Source of the DNA: Ascoidea asiatica JCM 7603
Lineage: Eukaryota; Fungi; Ascomycota
DNA length: 64,000 nucleotides
Reading direction: 5' to 3'
Assembly: GCA_001600695.1 (NCBI GenBank)
Contig: BCKQ01000008.1
Location: 161,781 to 225,780, forward strand
Below the pieces are notes generated by a model. That model worked only from the letters and a program-made list of their open reading frames with translations. It was not told the origin of the DNA and searched no databases. Shown here piece after piece: positions 11,501-21,307 of this stretch. The position numbers and the translations under genes were made by a program. Position 1 is the stretch's first letter. The number at the start of each line of letters is the position of its first letter.

Positions 11501-14500
11501 CTTAAACTGAGAGGAGAGGAATTACCATATAGAATCGTTAATCGAACAGGATTTGATATTAATATTTGGATTGACTCCAAAAACAGAGAAGAAAGAAGTG
11601 GGTTAACCCATATATCTAACGATGAAGAAATTCCATGGCAATTTGAAGACTGGCGAAAAGTCCGTGAAAACTTAAGAACAGATAATCAGAAAGGAGTTCT
11701 TGGAATTCAGCTTATAGACTCTCCTTTCAATCCTCTAAGAGGTGTTTCAATAACTGGTGAGGGGGAATCAGTTTATATTTTAAATCCTTCATTCGATGGT
11801 TTTCATAGTAGATTTGTTTGTGAAGTCGTTCTTGGAAGCGACAATATAAAACATGTTGTTTTAAAATCTCCAATAACAGTTTTCAATGATGTGAATATTC
11901 CTATTTTTATTGGATTAAAAAATGCAGATGAAAGTATCGAAGAAGTTCATCGTATTAAACCTAAAGAATCTTATCCCATACCTATCATGAAATGCTATCA
12001 AAGTCATATATACATAAAACCGGATATTAGTTTGAAGTTCAACTGGTCAAGAAATTGCGTCGACTGGAAACGTTTAATGAAAAAGTCCACAGCTTTGCAA
12101 TGTGTTTCTTTAAGCTCTAATTTATCATTTTACTTTCAAGCAAGCTCCGTATATAATAAGGAAGAACCCTTGACCAGAATTTACCCTCATATGAAAGTCG
12201 TTATTTCATCACCATTAGAAGTAGAAAACTTACTTCCTTACGATCTTAAGTTTAGAATTTATGATAAAACAGCAAAGAAGGATTGGATGATTACTCTTAA
12301 AAAAGGAGAATCAAACTCTGTTTATGTTGTTACTCTAGAAAATTTTTTACTTTTGAGTGTTGCGCCCTTAGATTGTAATTTTGAGAGGTCCGAATTTGTT
12401 ATCATCAATTGTCCTGCTAACTCTGATGTCGAAAGAGATACAGTACTTCCACTAAGAAGTCAAGATGGTCAAAAATTAAAATTAAAAATTCATTACATCA
12501 AAAGTAAAAGTGGTAGCGGTCAAAGAATTGTTGTTTATTCTCCATATGTTATTCTTAATAAAACAGGTGTTAATTTACTTTTATCTGAAAACAATAATAT
12601 CCTTAGATCAGAGGTTGTCTCCTCGCCAAATGAAGTTGGTAATATTAAAGAAGCGTACCCAAAAATGTTTTCTTTTGATTCTTATAATGCAAAAAGGAAC
12701 CGAGCTACTTTGAAAGTTGAAAATTCGCACTGGAGTAGAGATTTTAGTTTGGATGCAGTAGGTCAATATTTTGATTTGTCAGTTCCTTTGCTCGATAAAA
12801 CCAAAGAAATAAATCTAGGGATTCATGTGTCTGAAGGAGAAGGAATTTATAAAATTTCCAAGATCATAACGATTAGTCCCAGATTCATGCTCCACAATGC
12901 CTTAAAAGAAGAAATTCAAGTAATGGAAGTTGGAACCTTGAGAGAAATTAGAATCAAATCGGATAAAATCTGCCCATTATATTCAACAAGAAGCATCATT
13001 GAGAAAAGATTTATGATTAGATATTTGGGGTCAGAATCTAGATGGTCTGCTCCATTTTCCATCAAGGATGTTGGTCAGACTTTTGTGAAAGTATTCAAGC
13101 AAGGTAAAGGTGACATTCTTTTGAAATTTGACATTTTTGTTGATGCAGCGACAGTTTTCATCGATATTGACGATGCCAAAGGTCAGTGGCCTTACTCAAT
13201 TGCAAATTTTACTGATAATGAATTTGCTTTTTACCAAACCAATCCTAATATCAATGAAGATGGAGAAACTGGTAAAGATGATGTTCGTTATGAACCTATC
13301 CCTCATATAATACCTGCCAATTCTACTATTCCATATGCTTGGGATTACCCATCTGGAATTGTAAAAGAAATTGTTTTATGTTATTCGAACAGAAAAAGAT
13401 ATATTCAATTGGCAGAAATCGGAAATTTGAAGCCCATGCGCCTTCCAGCTCCAAGAAATGATCCTGCTAATATTGTAGATTTGAATGTTGTTTCTAATGG
13501 TCCCACCCAAACGTTAATAATCTCGAAATATGATCCAGGTGTCAGTCTCTATAAATTAAAAGAAAATACAGGTTCTAATGTTTCACTCAGTAAAGATCAT
13601 TTTGAGCCAATCAGTGATGATGAAGTTTCATTTTTCACTAAAGTATTAATTAAATTCGAAGGTGTGGGAATATCTTTAATCAACCATCGTCTGCAAGAGT
13701 TAGCTTATATCACATTCAGAGGCTTGGAAATAAAATATAACGAATCAGATTTATTCCAAACTTTCAATTATAAACTCAAATGGATTCAAATTGATAATCA
13801 ACTTTATGGAGGAATATTTCCAATTGTTCTATACCCCACAAATGTTCCTCAAACTCGCAAAGAGATCAATTCCCATCCAACACTTTCTGGATCGATCGCG
13901 AAAGTTAAAGACGATTCCCACGGTGTTTTGTATATCAAGTATTTTACTATATTGTTACAAGAGATGTCAGTTGAAATAGATGAAGACTTTTTGTTCGCAT
14001 TACTTGAATTTTCAAAATTCCCTGGAGCCAGCTGGGTAGTTGAAACACAAAATAAATTATGTCCAGATAAAGTTTCACTCCCAGCATTTCGTCGTTCAAC
14101 AAAAGGAGATGAGATTTACTTTGAAGTTTTTTTATTACAGCCCACTCGAACTAATTTATCTTTTATGAGAACAGAAAGAGTTAATGTGGAAGATAAGCCA
14201 GACGCTCAGAATGCAGTAACATTTTTCTTGAATATTTTGACAATGGCTATTGGAAATATAAATGACGCACCTATTAAGTTGAATTCTTTGTTAATTCCTA
14301 ACATGAAAATATCTATTCCAAATTTAATTGAAGATATAAAGACCAGCTATGGGCAGCAATTTCTTTATCAAGTTCATAGAATTTTAGGCTCAGCAGACTT
14401 TTTAGGAAACCCTGTTGGATTATTTAACAATATCAGTTCTGGTGTTATGGATATATTTTATGAACCCTATCAAGGTTTCATCATGAATGATAACCCTCAA

Positions 14501-15325
14501 GAACTTGGTATGGGACTAGCTAGGGGAGGATTGAGTTTTTTCAAAAAGTCAGTTTTCGGTTTATCTGATAGTTTCACTAGATTTACAGGCTCCATGGCAA
14601 AAGGCCTTTCAGCTGCTACATTTGACAAACATTTTCAACAACGTCGTACTTTGAACAAAAGACGTAATAAGCCAAAGCATGCTCTTTATGGTATTAAATC
14701 AGGAGCAGAATCTTTTGTTGAAAGTTTTGCAAGTGGTGTAACAGGCATCGCGCTTAATCCGATCGAGGGTGCAAATAAGGAAGGAGCTTCTGGTTTTTTT
14801 AAAGGTGTTGGAAAGGGATTGATTGGCTTGCCAACAAAAACTGCAATTGGAATCTTTGATTTGGCATCAAGTGTCGGTGAAGGAATTCGAAATACAACCA
14901 CTGTTACAGATTCTGCAGAAATTGAGAAAGTTAGATTGCCAAGATATATTGAGCCAAGTGGTTCAATTAAGCCATATTCTGTTTGGGAAGCTCTAGGTCA
15001 ATTTTGGCTAAAATCAATAAATGGTGGTAAATTTGTCAATGAATCTTATCTTGGACATGTCCTATTGCCTGGCGAAGAATTTGTTGTAATTGTTACTTTC
15101 AAATTGATAATGCTAGCTTCAATACCGAGATTGACCACTGAATGGGTCATTGGATATGACGAAATTAAAGCTATCATATTGGAGAAATCAGGGTTGAGAA
15201 TTGGTCTTAAAAACTCATCAGGCCCCTTTATACCTATTGTTGATTCTTCTACAAGAAAAAAGTTATATCAAAGAATAGCAATTGGGGTAAACGAGTTTAA
15301 TAAAAATTGTCAAGTTATTTTGTAA
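5591..15325 (+). CDS. VPS13: Bridge-like lipid transfer protein Vps13
   Basis: 3244 aa. N-terminal chorein motif ([40 protein letters not shown]), WEPLIDPW, and C-terminal [14 protein letters not shown] plus glycine-rich ATG2-C-like region. Confidence 0.97.
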   Translation: [3244 protein letters not shown]

Positions 15326-15787
15326 GAGCTATGTTATTTTTTGGTGTTTTTTTCTTAATATTACTGTTTTATATATATCTTTTTTAAAATTTAGAGCTTG
15401 GTTACTTTCTTTTTATATATCTTTTTTTTAGGGCGATCATTTATTAAATAATCTATTTCATTTTTAGTTTGAAGTTAAAAGGAATGCCTAATAGAAATAT
15501 TCTAAAATGCTAGTAGTAATTTTCCAGGAAACAACGTATAGTCTTTCGATCGCTAACAACTAAAACATTCATAAACTATTTGAAGTAAATGAGGAATTAC
15601 ACTGAAATCGATCAGTAATTCAAAATTGGGTTAGGCAATATTTATATTTACCAACAATTATTTTCATCAATGATAGAAAAAAAAAATCTATTCATCTTAA
15701 ATCACAAATCAAGGGAGATAACTTATACAGTTTTTTGGCTCATAAAGTTTGTAATTTTTAGCAACTAGTTACAACTAAATGACTCGA

Positions 15788-17032
15788 TTAGATGTTATTT
15801 ATTATTATTTCTAGATCATTGAAATGATTTAAAAGCAGATTCTCCAAACTTTTTAATTTAACAAAAACAGTAATAAGAAGAGGATCGGAAGTTTTGACTT
15901 CAATTTGTTTTAAATCCCAAAAGACTTTATTGTTAAAAGTTATGTTTCTATTAAGGTATTCTAAATCTTTATTAAATTTCAAACTATTCTTGGAATTGAA
16001 AAGAGTGTTTGAAAACTTATCAAATAAAGTTTCCTCTCTATCAATACTTTCTGGATTGGTTGAGATAGTTAGATTAGTCATCGATTTTGATAAATTGAAA
16101 ATATGTTGAATATATGTATTGTTTTGATCTACTTGAGATACTGAATGTGTTAAGCTATTATCATTATTTTTAAAAAAATTGAATTGATTGATATTCTCCT
16201 CATCACCCAAAACTTCAGATATGGTATGTTTTGAATTATTATTGTTTGCAATTTTCTGCCTTATGAAGTCGGTGTAACTGATTCCATTTGAATTAATTAA
16301 GTTCCAAGGTTTATGAGTGATTTCCTTTAATTCATGAATTTCAATTGTAATTTCGCCATTATTCAAATACAATTCAAGAACTATTTTATTTAAATCAAAT
16401 TCTTGTTCGAACAAACTTTCCGGAAGATAAGAACTTGGAAAAAGCAGTAAATTAGAAGGCAACTTAATTAATTCTCTGGCTTTAGAAATATTCTTTAAAA
16501 TTTTGGAGAAAATAGCTAAGAAATTAACATATTTCACTTTTTGTTTGTCTAGATTTTGAGCAAGATATTCTGAATTATTTTCTAGGTTATCTAAATTTTC
16601 TTCTCTCAATTCTGAATTAGCAGCTTCAAGAACCTTGCTGAAAGATTCTAAAATAGCTAATGAGTTTAGTAAATAGTCGTTAGCATCTTGAATTTGGATC
16701 AAGTTTATGAATTGATTAGGCTTGAGATTTAGTTTAAAAGGTTTTGAATTATTTAATGATTTCAATTTTAGCAATATATTTAATTCAACTATTTTAACAC
16801 CAGATCTAGTTATTATTCCTTTAACTGATTCTGATTTTGATGAGCTTAAGGGCAACTTAAAGTAAGTTTCATCATTGAAATATTTAATGATCAGTTCAAT
16901 TGTTTCCTTGATTGAAGGAAATGTGGGTTGTATTATTTCATTGATTAACCATTCGGCTTCTCTTATGCTATTATGTTGTTGGATTTTCCTAATTTCTGCC
17001 ACTGCTGTCTGAGGATAAATTTCAGTCGTCAT
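15788..17032 (-). CDS. RAV2: RAVE complex subunit Rav2 (Rogdi family)
   Basis: REAEWLINEIIQPTFPSI, FKLPLSSSKSESVKGIITRSG and C-terminal EVKTSDPLLITVFVKLKSLE match Rav2/Rogdi. Confidence 0.88.
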   Translation of the reverse strand: MTTEIYPQTAVAEIRKIQQHNSIREAEWLINEIIQPTFPSIKETIELIIKYFNDETYFKLPLSSSKSESVKGIITRSGVKIVELNILLKLKSLNNSKPFKLNLKPNQFINLIQIQDANDYLLNSLAILESFSKVLEAANSELREENLDNLENNSEYLAQNLDKQKVKYVNFLAIFSKILKNISKARELIKLPSNLLLFPSSYLPESLFEQEFDLNKIVLELYLNNGEITIEIHELKEITHKPWNLINSNGISYTDFIRQKIANNNNSKHTISEVLGDEENINQFNFFKNNDNSLTHSVSQVDQNNTYIQHIFNLSKSMTNLTISTNPESIDREETLFDKFSNTLFNSKNSLKFNKDLEYLNRNITFNNKVFWDLKQIEVKTSDPLLITVFVKLKSLENLLLNHFNDLEIIINNI

Positions 17033-17414
17033 CTTGAGAATCTCAGTAAATGAATATATGAAATCACATAAATTATATAAATTATTATTAAATTTAGCAA
17101 AATAATTGCAATTAGTTAGAGATTTCCTCCTTTATTTTCATCAAATTCCTAAAATCAATCATTTTTTAATGTAAAATAACCTCAACGTTTACTTCCTTCC
17201 TTAAAAAACGCAGAAGATCGGTTGTACAAAGGTTGGATGTTTTGGTAAATTTCTCGGGAATTCAATTTCAAAGTCGAGACCATTTCACTGGATCTCATTT
17301 GGAACTGCAATTTTTATCCGATTTTGCCAGAGCTTTACTTTTATTTCTACCGAAGATTTAATTATTCGATTCTACAATTACTTTTTATCAATTTTATATT
17401 TATTGAAAGTCTAT

Positions 17415-19136
17415 TTATTTTTTTTCTTTTAGTAATTTGGAATGCTTGTCAAAGAGCTCCTCATGAATATTTCTTAGTTCAGAATACGCTTCTTTCATTT
17501 GGCTTAGTTTTGATTCAAGTTCCTTCACTTTAAGAGTATTAATTTCATTTCGACTATCTTGGATATCATTATCTCTATCAGAGGCTTCAACAGTATTATT
17601 AGGATTGATATCCGAATTTTTTGAAATATAAAAGTTTTTAAATTGAAATTCTTCATCTTCGATTCTATTCAAATAGGCTTCATTATTGAGATTAAAATAA
17701 TCTAAAGGGGAATAATTATCTGTTGAGTTGTAAGTTTTATCATTAGTCAAAATTATGTGATTTTGAAAATCTTTATTATCAACTAAGAATCTTTTAAGTT
17801 GTGGTATTAAATTTATAGCTTTTTTGGACTGATTTAACATTAAAGAAAATTTATTAATATTTTCACCAGTGTTGTTAAAAATTTTTAAATATGAAACTGA
17901 ACCATTTACTTTTTTAAAAGTTTTAATAATTTGTTTTGTAAAAATATCTGACAAATATACATTACCATTTGAATCACCACTTGCTAAAATTGTAGAATCT
18001 AAAGATAAATCCAAATTACTTACCGACAAAATATCAGTTTCAGACTCTTTATTATTTTCTTTTTCATTTCCTTTTTCTTTTTCATTTTCATTTTCATTGT
18101 TATAACTATTATTATAATGAGATTTGAAAATATCCATATCATTTTCTTCATCTATTTTGATTGTTATTATTTCTCCATTAGAATTTATCAAAGATTCTAG
18201 TAGATTATTCTTTAATTTATTAATTTTGATTAAATTTATTTGTTTAATAATACCATTTTCAAGTCCTAAATATATAGTTGTTAATAAGGGATCAACAATT
18301 ATCGAATGTATAGGATATGGTAAAACAAATGTTGTTATTGGTTTTAACTTTATTATCTTATTATTTTCATTTATATCATTTAATGACTTCTCATCTTTTT
18401 GAATATTCTCATTTTTATTAATAATATTATAAATTCTACATGTGGCATCTAAAGAAACTGAGAATAATTTCAAATCATTATTAATTGAATTTTTTGATAA
18501 ATATAAATCTGTTATTTTTAAGGAATGGTCAGTTATATGGAAAGCAGGTTTAATTAAACTGGAATCATTACTTGAATTTGAATTATAAGTTGAAATTAAT
18601 TGTAAAAATTTAAAAATTAAGATTCTTGAATCATCGGAAGCAGTAATTAAATAATTATTATTGGAAGATAATTTTAAAGTTGTTATTTTTTGATAGTGGA
18701 TATCTTTTGCACAAATTAAATTTCCTGAATTAAGTTCCCAAATATATAATTTCCCAGATATTCCTCCCCCAATTAAAAAACTTGAATCATTTGACAATAT
18801 TATTGAAGACAATTGTTCTGGGATTGGTAATTTTTGAATAGGAGAATCTCTTTTTAAAGAAGAATAAATATGTATTAAAGATTTATTTTTACAAGATACA
18901 AATAGTTTAAATTCTTTTTGAGACCCATTAATATTGTTTTCATTATTCAACAATTGAATTGTGGAAGAATGATTTAAAGAATTTGCTTGTTTGAAAATAA
19001 TATTTGAATTTGAATAATCATTTGAGCCTGAACCAGAACCAGAATTTGAATGAATTGAAGAGACATAAGCCACGGATTCTTTTCCAAATTTATCTTCTTT
19101 CAATCCTTCACCCAAATAAACTATACTTTCGTCCAT
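17415..19136 (-). CDS. IPI3: Rix1-complex WD40 subunit Ipi3
   Basis: MDESIVY start, QKLPIPEQL, GKLYIWELNSGNL...HYQKIT, DHSLKITD, SLDSTILASGDSNG and a C-terminal coiled coil (AYSELRNIHEELF). Confidence 0.9.
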   Translation of the reverse strand: MDESIVYLGEGLKEDKFGKESVAYVSSIHSNSGSGSGSNDYSNSNIIFKQANSLNHSSTIQLLNNENNINGSQKEFKLFVSCKNKSLIHIYSSLKRDSPIQKLPIPEQLSSIILSNDSSFLIGGGISGKLYIWELNSGNLICAKDIHYQKITTLKLSSNNNYLITASDDSRILIFKFLQLISTYNSNSSNDSSLIKPAFHITDHSLKITDLYLSKNSINNDLKLFSVSLDATCRIYNIINKNENIQKDEKSLNDINENNKIIKLKPITTFVLPYPIHSIIVDPLLTTIYLGLENGIIKQINLIKINKLKNNLLESLINSNGEIITIKIDEENDMDIFKSHYNNSYNNENENEKEKGNEKENNKESETDILSVSNLDLSLDSTILASGDSNGNVYLSDIFTKQIIKTFKKVNGSVSYLKIFNNTGENINKFSLMLNQSKKAINLIPQLKRFLVDNKDFQNHIILTNDKTYNSTDNYSPLDYFNLNNEAYLNRIEDEEFQFKNFYISKNSDINPNNTVEASDRDNDIQDSRNEINTLKVKELESKLSQMKEAYSELRNIHEELFDKHSKLLKEKK

Positions 19137-19287
19137 AATGTGATTTATTTATAAAAATTAACTAAAATTCAATAAATAGTAATTGATAATTATTTTTTTG
19201 GTTCAAGAAAATCTTATTGAAATTTAACTCATACAAAATATGTGAAAAAAATTATCTTCAAAAAAAAATATTTTCGAAGTAAAAACA

Positions 19288-19295
19288 ATCACGTG
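19288..19295. promoter_or_regulatory. Cbf1-type E-box ATCACGTG upstream of IPI3
   Basis: Exact RTCACGTG about 150 bp upstream of the IPI3 ATG, with an RRPE-like TGAAAAAAATT near 19243. Confidence 0.55.
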
Positions 19296-20749
19296 CTTAT
19301 TTAGAATCTATGTTAAGGCCTTGCAGTATCCAAAATGTTAAAAAGGAAGCCTTGTGTACCTTAAAAGAATTTTGAGGCCATACTTGCGGGTCTACTATTT
19401 TGTTTATCTAGAATAACTATTTGGTTCTAGACTCACCGTCAGCAACATTAAGGAAACCCCTCTTAAAGGAATCCCGGCAGTGCAGGTCTCGGCAATCTAA
19501 TTTTCATGGGGTCCCCGGAATTATTAAATTGTGTTCAATTAGTTTGGTAACCATATTCAATACATTAAAAATCAAAATAGAATATCTTTCTATTAAAGTA
19601 CCCAAAAGGACCTTTGAAAAATTAATATTCTAGACCTTCGAGTCATTTCTAGAGTAGCAAATACTGGATATTTTGGAGGTATTGAAGAGTTTGAAATAAC
19701 TCCTTTCTTCAAATTGAACTTCAATTTCTTCATTTCTATTTTATTATAACAATTAATTACTTATTTTTGAACCCCATCAGCTTTGAAAAATTTTATATCC
19801 TAAATTGTTTTCCTGCAAATGATTATTTCTAATAATAGGGTAAAACTTACTTAAAATCAAAGTATCCGTAAAATTGGGCTAAGACTGGTAAGATATATTG
19901 AAGAGGCTTAAATGAAAAAAAAAAGATTTATGGTAAAAGGCTTTTTTAAATAAAAACGAGAGTTAGAATTTGATTGACTCTTTGAGCACTTTATTTTTTT
20001 ATTTAGTTCTAAAAAAACATATATCTGGTTATATTTCAATAAGAATCTATCTATTCCTTTATTGATTTCAAGGCATAACCCGATTTAGAATGCCGAGTTT
20101 GAATTTTTCAATTTAAACTGGAGTAAATTATAAGTGAGTATTACCTAATTAATTGATATTGGTGAATTTTAGACTATTTTGATATGTAAAAATATTGAAA
20201 ATAGAAAATGAAATTTTTTCTTTAAAACGTAATACTCTGAGTCAATGAAAATCGAGATCTCTTAATTTTTAAAGGTTAAAACTAATTTCATTTGCTTCAA
20301 TTTAAAATCATCACTTTGGAAACAATGAAAAAAAATAAATAACTGCAAAATAATTTCATGATTAGTAACTCACATTAAAAAAAAATATTATGGGTTAATT
20401 TGGAAAAAAAATGGAAATAATAGAATTCCATAGTAAAGGGAAATACTTTCAATAAAAAAAAAGAGATTGACTGAACAATTTATTTTTACTACTCACTGAC
20501 TAATTGACTGAATGAGAAGCAAAAGAATTGAAAAAGGAAATTATATAATTTTTTAATAAGTAAAAAAGAAAGATTAATCAATAAAATTAATATAAATATG
20601 CTTTGAATCCCTTAATTTAAGAATCATTTTTTTTTTATTTATTCTTCTTCTCTATCATCAAAAACTTCATTAACCTTAATTCAATAAAGTTACTAATTTA
20701 AAGCAAACAATAAATTTCTTCTCTAATTTTCTTATATTACCAATTCAAA

Positions 20750-21307
20750 ATGCAATTCCAATTATTAGCCATTTTAGCTACTGCTACAACTGTTTTTTCT
20801 GCTGCTGTTCCAGGTAATCAAGCTTCTCAACAAAAATCTAACTATGATTGTTCCTTAGTTGCTTACGCCCCAGATTACAACAAGGTTAACAACTATGGTC
20901 TTAATATTAAGGAGGATAATGATGGTAATTATTATTTCTATGTTGGTTCTTCCCACTCTGATAAGAAAACTTTAGTTTACAATCCAACTGATTGTAAATT
21001 AACTGCAACACCAAATGATTCTAAAAACAAAGGTAAGACCATGAATGTTAGTTTTGGTAGTGATGATGGATCCAAATCTTTAAAATTACAAATTTCAACT
21101 CCTGATGCCAAATATACCTTTGATAACAGTAAATTTTTATTAAAAAATGGAGAAAAGGAAACTTACTATGCCTGTAAGAATTACTTAACTGGAACTAAAG
21201 GTAATTCCAAGAAAGATAATATGAAATCATTCAGTAAATCTAATTATTTCATTGTTGCTTCTAAAACTGATAGCTCATGTTGTCCAATTTACATTCAAAA
21301 AGCTTAA
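20750..21307 (+). CDS. Secreted cell-wall protein, Pga29(Rhd3)/Pga30/Pga31-like domain, without a GPI tail
   Basis: Signal peptide MQFQLLAILATATTVFSA. Motifs VNNYGL...NYYFYVG...TLVYN, YYACKN and C-terminal CPIYIQK resemble this family (recalled pattern, not searched). Codon usage is biased as in expressed genes. Confidence 0.7.
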   Translation: MQFQLLAILATATTVFSAAVPGNQASQQKSNYDCSLVAYAPDYNKVNNYGLNIKEDNDGNYYFYVGSSHSDKKTLVYNPTDCKLTATPNDSKNKGKTMNVSFGSDDGSKSLKLQISTPDAKYTFDNSKFLLKNGEKETYYACKNYLTGTKGNSKKDNMKSFSKSNYFIVASKTDSSCCPIYIQKA

